From: an uncultured Chloroflexia bacterium
Lineage (GTDB): Bacteria > Chloroflexota > Chloroflexia > QHBQ01 > JADMIH01
NCBI GenBank assembly: GCA_963797095.1
Contig: CAWCNY010000003.1
Coordinates: forward strand, 448,001 to 512,000
DNA length: 64,000 nucleotides
Direction of reading: 5' to 3'
Shown: piece by piece, positions 1-9,561 of the stretch
Layout: every line of letters starts with the position of its first letter
Numbering within the stretch: position 1 is the stretch's first letter
Made by a program: the position numbers and the translations under genes
Notes under the pieces: model-generated
The model's input: the letters and a program-made list of their open reading frames with translations, nothing else
The model's database searches: none
Told to the model about the DNA's origin: nothing

Positions 1-1
1 G

Positions 2-1183
2 GAAGCCTCCGACATAACCCTGGTCGGCGGCGACGTGCGCGGCGTGGTCACCGCCATCGCCCTCTCGCGCCGCACCGTGGGCACGATCCGCCAGAACCTC
101 TTCTGGGCCTTCTTCTACAACATCATCCTGATCCCCGTAGCCGCAGGCATCCTCTACCCTCTTTTCGGCCTCCTCCTCAACCCGGTGATCGCGGGTGCGG
201 CAATGGCGATGTCCTCCGTAAGCGTGGTCAGCAACTCCCTTCGCCTCAGGGGCTTCGCGTCACCCGCCAACCCCGACGAGATCCTCCACCCGCCCTTGCG
301 CCGCCGCCTCACCGACGTGGGTTATCTCCTCGCAATCGGCATCCTCGCCCTGGTAATAGGCGCGGCATCCCTTTTCGCGCTCCAACCCGGCATGAATGCC
401 CTGCACGACAATTCGGAGATGCTCACCCTCGTACCCACAGGCACAACCGCCGCCAACGTCAGGCTTGACCTCGGCAGTTCGGCCCTCCCCGGCCAACCCA
501 CCATCCTCACCTTCTTCCTGACCGACAAGACCACCGGCCAGCCCATTCAGGATCTTGCAATCGAGCACGAAGCCGCCATACACGCCATAATCGTCAGCTA
601 CGACCTGTCCTACTTCGCCTACGTACACCCACAGTCCGCTCCCAACGCCCAGGGCCGCTACACAATCGAGCACACCTTCCCGGCCAAAGGCGACTACGTG
701 GTCTACATCGAGTTTGCCCCCGAAGGCAAGCCCACAGAGGTCCACCGATTCGATCTCCCCGTTGGCGGTGGAGGCACTTCCCTGCCCGACCTCGCCCCCA
801 ACCTGGCCCCAGCGCAAACAGGCAGCTACACCGCCACCATCGCTGACATCTCGGACGCGCAGGGCAAGGCATACACCGTCCACATCGAGCGCGACGGCCA
901 ACCCGTCACCGACCTGCAACCCTACCTCGGTGCTGCCGCCCACATAGTCACCCTCGACCAGTACACAGGCAGTTTCGGCCACGCCCACGCTGTAGAGGGC
1001 ACCAATGCCGCAAGCCTCGATAGCATGGAGAATATGAGCGCAATGGAGGCCACACCCGCCGCTTTCGGCCCCGACATCACCTTCCGTCCCGCTTCCGCCG
1101 GACCCGGTCTCTACAAAATGTGGGTTCAATTTGAGCACCAGGGACAGGTGCAGACCGTCTCCTGGGTTGTGGAGGTAAAATAA
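2..1183 (+). CDS. copA: P1B-type (Cu) ATPase, 5'-truncated by the window edge, with a fused C-terminal His-motif domain
   Basis: Frame open from position 2 ([11 protein letters not shown]...). Motifs [13 protein letters not shown] and [16 protein letters not shown]. Followed by an extra TM helix and about 260 aa of soluble domain. copZ lies downstream. Confidence 0.9.
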   Translation, partial: EASDITLVGGDVRGVVTAIALSRRTVGTIRQNLFWAFFYNIILIPVAAGILYPLFGLLLNPVIAGAAMAMSSVSVVSNSLRLRGFASPANPDEILHPPLRRRLTDVGYLLAIGILALVIGAASLFALQPGMNALHDNSEMLTLVPTGTTAANVRLDLGSSALPGQPTILTFFLTDKTTGQPIQDLAIEHEAAIHAIIVSYDLSYFAYVHPQSAPNAQGRYTIEHTFPAKGDYVVYIEFAPEGKPTEVHRFDLPVGGGGTSLPDLAPNLAPAQTGSYTATIADISDAQGKAYTVHIERDGQPVTDLQPYLGAAAHIVTLDQYTGSFGHAHAVEGTNAASLDSMENMSAMEATPAAFGPDITFRPASAGPGLYKMWVQFEHQGQVQTVSWVVEVK

Positions 1184-1251
1184 ACCATACAAATCCAATC
1201 ATTTCAGGCCAATCCAAAATCGATCAGACTATAATGAAAGGACAAAACAAA

Positions 1252-1467
1252 ATGACCCAGGTAACACTCAACGTACCCGATATATCATGCGAGCACTGCG
1301 AAAAAACGATAGTCGAAGCCCTCCGCGACAAACCAGGAGTAGAAGCAGTAGCCGTGAGCATCCCAGGCAAAATCGTCCTACTCAAATACGACGAAGGCCG
1401 TATCAACCTCAACGAAGTCAAAGTGATCCTCGACGAAGAAGGCTACCCTGTAGCCGGCACAAGATAA
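1252..1467 (+). CDS. copZ: Copper chaperone (HMA domain)
   Basis: ISCEHC metal motif, 71 aa, AAAGGA RBS, directly after copA. Confidence 0.9.
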   Translation: MTQVTLNVPDISCEHCEKTIVEALRDKPGVEAVAVSIPGKIVLLKYDEGRINLNEVKVILDEEGYPVAGTR

Positions 1468-1532
1468 CACGCTAAGATTCGCTCAAGAGGAAATGCCTGC
1501 CAGGCCCACAACTCAAATCTAAACATGAAACT

Positions 1533-1680
1533 CTAAACATGAAACACCCCGAATTCTTAGATGCAGCTTCGCAGGCGTGCAATCTGGTTCTAAAACAAGC
1601 AAAATGGCGGCAAAGCCGCCATTTTGCTTGTTTTAGAAAGCCCCTCCCCAAGATTTTGGTAGGGGTTGGGGTGGGGTCAA
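1533..1680. repeat. ~150-bp palindromic interspersed repeat (REP/MITE-like), copy A
   Basis: Perfect 24-bp inverted repeat at 1588-1611/1615-1638. Homologous in inverted orientation to about 29869-30010. Confidence 0.8.
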
Positions 1681-1701
1681 AGAGGGCAAATCAGAAACCT
1701 T

Positions 1702-2010
1702 GTGATGACTCCGCATGGCGTAAACGCCAGCAGCTTCTACGGTTTTGCACCGATGCATACTCATCCATATGCCATTAAGGTTGCACTATAGGAGACACCT
1801 AAGATGCTTTTACGCTGCACAAGGGTTTCGTGCAACAACCCGCTAACATCTTGCATTATCAAAGTGCGGACTACTACCCGAAGGCAATAGTGGCGTGTAG
1901 CATTGGTTAGCTTCCACGTTACTTCAATTATACGACAAAGGAGAGACTATGAGCAACCTTTTATCAGCCGAACCACAGCCCATAAATGGGCATGGCTTTC
2001 AAGGTTTTCT
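1702..2010 (-). mobile_element. Non-autonomous IS200/IS605-family element (309 bp), copy 1, probable omega-RNA carrier
   Basis: Minus strand: TTAC|LE with AAAG + hairpin ccatgcccat-tt-atgggctgtgg; RE with GAAG + hairpin ctgctggcgt-tt-acgccatgcgg, ending TCAC. 308/309 identical to 30144-30452. Confidence 0.88.
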
Positions 2011-2041
2011 GTAATCGTCAAGAGCACGGGCAGCCCCGCGT

Positions 2042-3592
2042 TTACCCCTCCTCAAGCGCCGACCGAATAAGCTCCTGCTTCAAATCCCACAACCTCTGCG
2101 TCAGCGACACGTGATACACGTGCGGGTTGATCAACCTCCGCACGCCCGCATCCAACCGCTCCACATCTTTGATCCTCTGCGTTCGGATCGCTTCAATATC
2201 TGGCAAGTCATACACCAACTTCCCCTCCCGCAGCACCTCCACATACAACGGCTCCACCTCCGAAAGACTTTCCCTACCGATGGTCCTCATCAGCGTATGG
2301 TCTGACGGGTGCCGCGCCACGATCCTCTCCATCCCCGCAGGGTCCTCATCAACCAACCCAAGCAGGTCCGCCGTTGCCTTCCCCCGGCTGTCATACAATC
2401 GCCAGGCCCCCTTCCTGCCGGGGTTGGGCGTCTTGGTCGTCTGCTCCGATATCTTGATGGCCGGCTTCCAATCTCCCCCATGCTCCACCGCCACCAACTT
2501 ATACACCCCGCCCAGCGCAGGCTCCCCCTCCGACGTGATCAGCCGCGTACCAACCCCGAACGCCAGCCGCTTGATCAGCGCATCCGCGTCCACTCCATAG
2601 CGTGGGGCCTCCTCCGATATCTGGGCAAGTATTTGCCAGATCACAAGTTCGTCCAGGTCGTTCGACAGCGTAATTGAAGTGTTTTCAAACCCCGCCTGAT
2701 TCAGCATCCGCGCCGCCTGTATGCTCAAATACGCCAGGTCGCCCGAATCGAGCCTGATCCCCACCGGCTCATGCCCCTTCGCCCTCAACTCCTCGAACAC
2801 CCTGATGGCGTTGGGCACCCCGCTCTCCAGCGTATTGATCGTATCCACCAGCAGCAAACAGTCGTCCGGGTATGCCTCCGCATACGCCCGAAACGCCCCC
2901 AGTTCCCCCTCCCCGAGCGTCATAAACACCTGCACCATGCTGTGCGCGTGCGTTCCCTTCGGGTCAAATCCAAGCACGTGCGACGCCCCCACATTCGACG
3001 AAAAATCGGCCCCACCGATCAACGCCGCTCGCGTCCCCGCATTCGCTCCCTTCCCCTGCGCCCTCCTCAGCCCGAACTCCAGCACCAACCTGCCGCGCCC
3101 CATATCATGCACCAGCGCGGCTTTGGTCGCGATCAGCGTCTGGAAATTAAGGTGGTTCAGCAGCGACGTTTCCAGTATCTGCGCCATCGCCATCGGCCCC
3201 TCCACCACAGTCAGCGGCACCTGCGGATGCACCACCCTCCCCTCCGGTATAGCATGCAGCGAAATCGCGCTGAAATCCCCCTCTTTCCGCAGCCACCCCA
3301 GAAAATCGTCGTCAAACACCCGCCTGCCCGACCTACCTTTCTGCCCCCGCAAATAATCGATCTCCACGTCCCCAAACCGCGACTGCCCCATCCAATCGAG
3401 CAGCCACTCCAAGCCCGCGTTCACGCAATACCCCGCCTGGTGCGTCCCATAATTCGGGTAAGACCTGAAAAAATGGTCGAACTGCACCTTGCGCGTATGC
3501 AACCCCGCGCGGAAATAGACCTGGGCCATCGTCAACTGGTACTCGTCTGTGTAAAGTATTCCCTCGGCCATAGCTCTATCTTTGCTCTTCAT
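2042..3592 (-). CDS. pncB: Nicotinate phosphoribosyltransferase
   Basis: [35 protein letters not shown] and GGVYKL motifs. Confidence 0.95.
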   Translation of the reverse strand: MKSKDRAMAEGILYTDEYQLTMAQVYFRAGLHTRKVQFDHFFRSYPNYGTHQAGYCVNAGLEWLLDWMGQSRFGDVEIDYLRGQKGRSGRRVFDDDFLGWLRKEGDFSAISLHAIPEGRVVHPQVPLTVVEGPMAMAQILETSLLNHLNFQTLIATKAALVHDMGRGRLVLEFGLRRAQGKGANAGTRAALIGGADFSSNVGASHVLGFDPKGTHAHSMVQVFMTLGEGELGAFRAYAEAYPDDCLLLVDTINTLESGVPNAIRVFEELRAKGHEPVGIRLDSGDLAYLSIQAARMLNQAGFENTSITLSNDLDELVIWQILAQISEEAPRYGVDADALIKRLAFGVGTRLITSEGEPALGGVYKLVAVEHGGDWKPAIKISEQTTKTPNPGRKGAWRLYDSRGKATADLLGLVDEDPAGMERIVARHPSDHTLMRTIGRESLSEVEPLYVEVLREGKLVYDLPDIEAIRTQRIKDVERLDAGVRRLINPHVYHVSLTQRLWDLKQELIRSALEEG

Positions 3593-3696
3593 CCCCACCT
3601 CACTATCACTTGCGAATCATGCAGACCGCGCTCCAATCCCGCCCCCAGGACCCCAAGCCCCACCATCGTCCTCCCTCACTCGTCACGCGTCACTTG

Positions 3697-4770
3697 TCAC
3701 GCGTCACCCGTCCACATTCGTCCTTCGTCCTTCGTCTTTCGTCTGTTTTCATCCTCCGTGCCCCCATACAACTCCACCACCGCCCCCGCCGTATCCAGCA
3801 CCGCCATGTGCAAATCCAGAGGCTCAACCACCTCGGCGTTCACCCCCAGCCCCAAAATACTGGCCCTAGCCTCCTCGAACGATTGGAACGTCAGCGTCAA
3901 CCTGATCCACCCATCTCCGTCGGGAGGCCCCGCCCCCTCGATAAGCGCCCTCATCCCTTCCCCGTAGATGCGCGGCAGCATATACACAAAATCGGGCGAC
4001 ACCCGGATCGTCGCACTGTACTTCGGCTGCCCGTCCTGGAACTCCCTCTGCCATCTCTCCCAGTACTCCCGCAAATTGAACCATTCGGGCCTCTCAAAAT
4101 GAGCTTCCATAGCTTCAGCGTGCTGGATCCTCGACACCCTGTACACCTGCAGCGACCGCCGCGCCGCCTTCATCCGCGTAACCCCAAGCGGCCTCGCATT
4201 CGCCGCCACAGCCGCCACCACGTACCACACCCCGCCTTTCGCCACCAACCCGTAAGGCTCAAGACAGCGCCTCACCTTCCCACTATCCGATTTTACATAC
4301 ATTATGTCAACCAACTGGTCGTCCCACACCGCCCGCTGCATCAAATCCAGGTACGGCACGTCCTCAGGCGGTCGAAACCATTCCGCCGTGTCAATGTACA
4401 TCCTCTCCCGCACCTGCTCGATGCTGCGCCGCTGAGTAGGAGGCAGGCTGGCGGTCAGCTTGAGCACCGCCGCCTCAATAGACTTCCCCAACCCCAGGTC
4501 CGCCAGCGGCCCCGGCACCGCCGACAGAAACAGCGCCCGTACCTCCCCCTCGCTCAACCCTGTGAGGTTGCTCCGATAATTATCGGGCAGCAGCACCCCT
4601 CCACCCGGCCCACGCTCGGCCAGCACAGGCACCCCCGAAGCATGCAAAGCCTCCAGGTCCCGGTAGATAGTCCGCTCCGAAACCTCCAATTCCTCCGAAA
4701 GCTCGGCGGCGGTCATCCGCCCCCGCGCCTGGAGAAACATCAATATAGAAATAAGTCTATCAGCACGCAT
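3697..4770 (-). CDS. YafY-family HTH-WYL-WCX transcriptional regulator
   Basis: N-terminal HTH (ELEVSERTIYRDLEAL), EPYGLV..WYVV, YRVSRI. Confidence 0.92.
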   Translation of the reverse strand: MRADRLISILMFLQARGRMTAAELSEELEVSERTIYRDLEALHASGVPVLAERGPGGGVLLPDNYRSNLTGLSEGEVRALFLSAVPGPLADLGLGKSIEAAVLKLTASLPPTQRRSIEQVRERMYIDTAEWFRPPEDVPYLDLMQRAVWDDQLVDIMYVKSDSGKVRRCLEPYGLVAKGGVWYVVAAVAANARPLGVTRMKAARRSLQVYRVSRIQHAEAMEAHFERPEWFNLREYWERWQREFQDGQPKYSATIRVSPDFVYMLPRIYGEGMRALIEGAGPPDGDGWIRLTLTFQSFEEARASILGLGVNAEVVEPLDLHMAVLDTAGAVVELYGGTEDENRRKTKDEGRMWTGDA

Positions 4771-5049
4771 TTCTTCTTCTCTTATTCACCGCAAAGATGC
4801 AGGGCACAGAGGTCAGCGTCGGACGATCACATCCTCAACAACCCCATCCATTATATAGCTGCAGTCCAACCGTTTACTCATATACATACAGGCCAAGCCC
4901 TAAGAAACGCATGGCCTCCCTATGGCCTCCCTAATGTATAATCAAAAGAAGACCGTCATGGGCAATGCTGGTGCATAAAACCCACGAAAGCGGCTCAAGT
5001 GCAGACATCCGGAGCGGGCATCCTGGTCGGCGTTCTGCTGCATTGTCAC

Positions 5050-5280
5050 CCAGGGCAAGTCCCGTAGGGATGCAAGAGACTAACCCAGAACGTAAGCCCT
5101 GTGCATCACCAACCACCCAAGCAAAGTCCGGTAGGGGTGTAAGAACACCACCTGGGGCGCGACCCCTGTGGCTCATACAACCCGAGCAAAGTCCCGGAGG
5201 GAGAGTAGCCCAGGGCGTAAGCCCTGCGGTGGGCCCAAGATAACACCGTAAGCCCCCTAGGGGCGTAAGAACAACCACTC
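5050..5280. repeat. Cluster of degenerate REP-like palindromes
   Basis: Recurrent cccag(aa/gg)cgtaagccctg and tagggg(t/c)gtaagaaca units in intergenic DNA. Confidence 0.55.
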
Positions 5281-5382
5281 CGTCCTGTATAATGCAATCC
5301 CCATCCTCCACTCTCCGACCTTCGTCCTTCGACTTTCGTCCTTCGTCCCCACCTATCACATATCACGCTCCAGGAGCCACCA

Positions 5383-7140
5383 TTGGAAACAGAAGCCAAA
5401 TTCACAGTATCAGACGAGGCCACTTTTGCCCACCTCAGAACCGTTGACCAATTCGGTCCCTACCAAAAACGCGACGAACGCACCAAGGAAATCACCGACC
5501 GCTACCTCGACACCTCCCGCTTCAACTTCCTCAACAAAGGCTGGGCCTTGCGATTGCGCCAGGGCAAAGAAGGCGACCTCCTCATTACAATCAAGGGCCT
5601 TGAGCGCCATCCCCTGGACGACGGCGCAGAATCCGGCGGCATCCACGCCCGCGAGGAGTACGAAACCTCGGCCCCAGGGATCACCATCGGCAGATGGCCC
5701 GCGAGTGAGGCCAGGCGGTTGGCTCGCAGCATCGCGGGCCACCTTCCCCTGCGCGACCTCGTAAGCGTAGATCAGGTCCGCAACGTGTCCCGTCTCTACG
5801 ACGGCGAGCGTGCCGTGGCCGAGCTTAGCCTGGACCACGTGACCTTCCACCGCAGCAAGGATCAGGTCGAAGCCGATACTACCTACGAACTTGAAGCCGA
5901 GCTTCTCCCCGATGGCACTGTCGTCGACCTCCGCGCCCTCTCGCACATCTTCACAGAAGAATACGGCCTGGAACCGCAACTCTATTCCAAGTTCGAGCAA
6001 GCCCTTCTGATCGCCGGTATCACCCCCGACATGACCGACCCGGCAACCCAGGTGGCTACACCCAGGAGGCGCACCCGCCAGCCCCGCGCCGCCACTCAGG
6101 AACCCGCTCCTCCCTCCCTTGAGGCCCCCGCCCCTCCGCCTCCCGCCCCGCCTGAGCCGCCTGCCAAACCCTCAAACTCTGACCCAAAGTCCCGCATCCA
6201 GAGCACCGATAGTATGGCCCTCGCCGGGCGCAAGCTGATCGCCCAACACTACGAGGCTATGCTCTCCAACGAAGAAGGCTCCCGGCTGGGCGAAGACCCC
6301 GAAGCCGTCCACGACATGCGCGTGGCAACCCGCCGCATGCGCGCCGCTATGCGCGTCTTCGGTCCCCACCTTCAGAGCAAGCGCGCCCGCGAGGTCGCTT
6401 CCGGTCTGCGCGACATCGCCCACGCCCTCGGAGAAGTGCGCGACCTCGATGTGCTCATTGGCAATGTAGAAACGTTCCGCGAGTCCCTTCCGCAGGAGCG
6501 CCAACCCGGCCTGCACGGAATGCTCGAAGAATGGCGCGTGAAGCGTTGGAAGGCGCGCAAAGCCCTCCTGCGCCTCCTCAACTCCAAAGAATACCGCCTC
6601 TTCAAGCGCGAAATGGACCGCTTCCTGAACGAAAAAATCGGTCCCCCTAACGACACCGAAGGCGCGCAACCCTACCAGGTGCGTCACCTCATCGGCAGCA
6701 CCATTATTTCGCACTACGAATCGGTTCGCTCCTTCGAAGCCCTGCCGGGCGAGCCTACCATACTCCAGTTGCACGCCCTCCGCATAGCTGGCAAATACTT
6801 CCGCTATACCCTGGAGTTCTTCCGCGATGTCCTCCCCAAAGACGTAACTGCCATGATCCGCGACGTTACAAAGCTCCAGGACAACCTGGGCGAGCTACAC
6901 GATGCCGATGTAGCCCACGCCCTCGTCGAAGACTATGCAAAAGAGCAAACAAAACACCGCGACCACAAAACGAGCGACGAAGCCCAATCTTCCACCGAAA
7001 CCACCCCACCTGGCCTGGCCGCCTACCTGGACGACCTGCACTCCACCATGGATCGCAAGCGAAAAGAATATGTAACCACCTGGGCCAATCTCCACAGTCC
7101 GGAATGGCGCAAACGCCTCGCCGCCCTGCTGGTGACCTGA
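5383..7140 (+). CDS. CYTH + CHAD domain protein (polyphosphate-associated)
   Basis: N-terminal ExExK (ETEAKF), YLDT, LRLR; Pro-rich linker; CHAD motifs HDMRVATRRMR, LGEVRDLDV, LHALRIAGKYFRY, LQDNLGELHD. Confidence 0.9.
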   Translation: METEAKFTVSDEATFAHLRTVDQFGPYQKRDERTKEITDRYLDTSRFNFLNKGWALRLRQGKEGDLLITIKGLERHPLDDGAESGGIHAREEYETSAPGITIGRWPASEARRLARSIAGHLPLRDLVSVDQVRNVSRLYDGERAVAELSLDHVTFHRSKDQVEADTTYELEAELLPDGTVVDLRALSHIFTEEYGLEPQLYSKFEQALLIAGITPDMTDPATQVATPRRRTRQPRAATQEPAPPSLEAPAPPPPAPPEPPAKPSNSDPKSRIQSTDSMALAGRKLIAQHYEAMLSNEEGSRLGEDPEAVHDMRVATRRMRAAMRVFGPHLQSKRAREVASGLRDIAHALGEVRDLDVLIGNVETFRESLPQERQPGLHGMLEEWRVKRWKARKALLRLLNSKEYRLFKREMDRFLNEKIGPPNDTEGAQPYQVRHLIGSTIISHYESVRSFEALPGEPTILQLHALRIAGKYFRYTLEFFRDVLPKDVTAMIRDVTKLQDNLGELHDADVAHALVEDYAKEQTKHRDHKTSDEAQSSTETTPPGLAAYLDDLHSTMDRKRKEYVTTWANLHSPEWRKRLAALLVT

Positions 7141-7240
7141 AAAGTAATGCGTGTTACGTGTTACGCGTTACGTGTTATGTGACTATCGCTACTCGTCACT
7201 CGTCACTCGTCACTCGTCACGCGCCACTAGTCCCGCCCCA

Positions 7241-8167
7241 ATGAACAGAATAGACCGCCTCACGGCCATTCTCCTGATGCTGCAGGAGAAACCCAGGACA
7301 TCGGAGCAGATAGCAGGGCATTTCGAAGTATCGAAGCGCACCATCCTGCGCGACATGGCCGCCCTCTACGAGATCGGGGTACCTATCATCTCGCGAGAGG
7401 GCGCGGGCGGAGGATATTCGCTCTCTCCACAGTACCGGATCGCATCACCGCCTCTTACCACCCAGGAAGCCTACCTACTCTTGCTATCATTGAGCGCCGT
7501 CAGCCGCCTCAGAAGCGCACCCTTCGCCAGCAAGCGCACATCCTTGCTCGCAAAGATACGCTCAACCTTGCCCCCGCAGCAACTTCAGGACGTTGATCGA
7601 CTTCTGTCGATCTCAAGCCTCGCCATGCCCAGGCGTGAGCAAGGCACACCCTTTCTAGATCCGTTGATGAAAGCCGCCGCCGAGCGCCAATGGGTGCGCG
7701 TTACATACCGGTCTGCCCGGCGCCTATCCACCCAACACCTGCTCCCCACATCCCTATCATCTCAAAACGGCTTCTGGTACTGCCGCGCCTACTCCCACGA
7801 ACGCCACGAAGAGCGCAACTACCGCGTAGACCGTATTCAATCCCTTGAACCCGCACAGCAAGGTTTCAGCCCCGGCGTCCTTCCCCAGCGTCCCTACGAC
7901 GATCCCCAACACCCCCAGGTGGTCGCCGCCCTCACCGCGGGTGGCGTTCTCCACATGGAAACCGAGCCTGACATAGGCCATCTCGTCCAGAGAGTGGAAG
8001 ATGGCACAGGCAAGCTAGAATTCCGCTGCCCGCCCGGCGAGCTTGCCTACTTTGCCCGCTTCTTCGCCGGACTCGGCCCCGAAGCCGAAGTCATCGCCCC
8101 CGAAGAACTACGCCTGGCCCTCGCAGAACTCGGCCAACAATTGATCGAGAAATACCAGAAACGATGA
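7241..8167 (+). CDS. YafY-family HTH-WYL transcriptional regulator
   Basis: MNRIDRL..FEVSKRTILRD HTH; GFWYCRAY..RNYRVDRI. Start moved past the heptamer repeats. Confidence 0.92.
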   Translation: MNRIDRLTAILLMLQEKPRTSEQIAGHFEVSKRTILRDMAALYEIGVPIISREGAGGGYSLSPQYRIASPPLTTQEAYLLLLSLSAVSRLRSAPFASKRTSLLAKIRSTLPPQQLQDVDRLLSISSLAMPRREQGTPFLDPLMKAAAERQWVRVTYRSARRLSTQHLLPTSLSSQNGFWYCRAYSHERHEERNYRVDRIQSLEPAQQGFSPGVLPQRPYDDPQHPQVVAALTAGGVLHMETEPDIGHLVQRVEDGTGKLEFRCPPGELAYFARFFAGLGPEAEVIAPEELRLALAELGQQLIEKYQKR

Positions 8168-8198
8168 CATAACGCTGTCACCATTGCCATGCTATAAT
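8165..8198 (+). promoter_or_regulatory. Putative WYL operator (TGACA-N6-TGTCA) plus extended -10 TGcTATAAT
   Basis: Inverted repeat at 8165-8180 and TATAAT at 8193-8198, at the 3' end of the WYL gene. Confidence 0.5.
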
Positions 8199-8299
8199 GG
8201 CACCAGGATAAGAACATACGTGCTGTATAGAGAAGGCAAGATTGACACTCCCAGATCCGAGAACAGCCTGAAAAGGCAAATCTCCCAGGCAAAAGAGGT

Positions 8300-8412
8300 T
8301 GTCATCCTGAACGAAGTGAAGGAGCTCGCTCTCCAAGATCACGCTTCGAATATGTACATGGCCCAAAAATACGCCTGAGAATCGAGATCCTTCCACCTCA
8401 TTCAGGGTGACA
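8300..8412. repeat. REP doublet (TGTCATCCTGA...TCAGGGTGACA type)
   Basis: Imperfect inverted pair tgtcatcctgaacgaagtgaagga / tccttccacctcattcagggtgaca. Confidence 0.7.
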
Positions 8413-8662
8413 GACGGAACGGGAAGGCCCCTGCCATCTTTTTCGTAAGCATAGCGCCGAATACTCCGCCACTAGAAATCACCCGAAAGTACACCCAAAA
8501 CCTGTCCAGTTTTGTCTTACCAATGCCTTATAGTATATAAGGGGAGGTCCATCCAGATAACAAGAAAGGCTACCAAAAACCCGCAAAAAAACTTTAGACC
8601 AAAGTACACATCCACACTCGCGACCCTGATCCCCAGAACGCTAACCAACAAAGGAGAAGAAC

Positions 8663-9046
8663 ATGGCACACATAGACATGATCGGCCTGACAGTACGCGA
8701 TATGGCATCATCCCTCGCCTTCTACGGGCTCCTGGGCCTAGCCATACCCGAAGGCGTCGAAGGTGAAGACTTCGTAGAAGTGATCACCCCCAATGGCTAC
8801 CGTATCTCCTGGAATAGCCTCGAAATGGTCAAAGGCCTGGACCCCGACTGGGTAGAACCGGTTGGACAGCGCATAGGCCTCGCCTTCAAATGCGATAGCC
8901 CTTCCGAAGTAGACAAGCTCTACAACCGGCTCATCGATGAGGGCCACACGGGCCACAAAGAACCCTGGGACGCCTTCTGGGGCCAGCGCTATGCCGTAGT
9001 AGAGGACCCCGACGGCAACAACGTAGACCTCTTCGCCACCCTCTAG
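8663..9046 (+). CDS. VOC/glyoxalase-family protein
   Basis: VRDMASSLAFY and PWDAFWGQRYAVVEDPDGN; AAGGAG RBS. Confidence 0.92.
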   Translation: MAHIDMIGLTVRDMASSLAFYGLLGLAIPEGVEGEDFVEVITPNGYRISWNSLEMVKGLDPDWVEPVGQRIGLAFKCDSPSEVDKLYNRLIDEGHTGHKEPWDAFWGQRYAVVEDPDGNNVDLFATL

Positions 9047-9071
9047 CGAAACCGTTTTCTAAAATACGGCG

Positions 9072-9420
9072 TGCAGGCGGAACTGCCTGCCGGGGGTTCA
9101 GTGAGTCTCCCAACTCTATCCCAGTTATCGACCTAAAAGGGGGTGAAGCGGTACTCCCCCTGACAGGGCGAGTGATGGGGGCAGTGGGGCGTCCTCTCTT
9201 TTCTAGCCACCAAAGCACAAAGGGGGGTGCAGGGGTACTCCCCTGACAGGAGAGTGATGGGGCAGTGGGGTGTCCCCAACCCTTCCTTTACACTCCATCA
9301 ATAAGGGGGGGCAGGCGGAACTGCCTGCCGGGGGGTTTGGGGGTGTCCCCCTAACTCTCATCTCCTTTTTAGACCCCCTCTCCCCATAAAATGGGGAGAG
9401 GGGCCGGGAGGGAGGGGTCT
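9072..9420. repeat. GC-rich intergenic repeat cluster
   Basis: gcaggcggaactgcctgccggggg x2, ggtactcccc(c)tgacagg..agtgatgggg(g)cagtgggg x2, and a cccctctcccc/ggggagagggg hairpin. Confidence 0.7.
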
Positions 9421-9561
9421 TGACATGCCTATTACTCCCCGTAAACCAGAATCCCAATTCCAAGCACAGAAAGAGCCTGGGCATAACCGCTGTGCACAGG
9501 CACATTTCCATGATAAAATCCTGGGTACACACTCCATACCTCAAAGACCCAGGACCAACCT

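Noticed and set aside
1702-2010. Group I intron/IStron reading of the mini-element (agagacta and tagtcc-like words)
   Set aside because: The two words are on opposite strands, the element ends in TCAC rather than a terminal G, and it is short.
2771-4941. Long antisense ORFs here and at 49884-50987 and 53889-54860
   Set aside because: They are shadows of well-supported genes in high-GC DNA and carry no motifs.
8184-8378. 64-aa ORF after the WYL gene
   Set aside because: It starts inside the promoter motif, has no RBS, and partly translates a REP.
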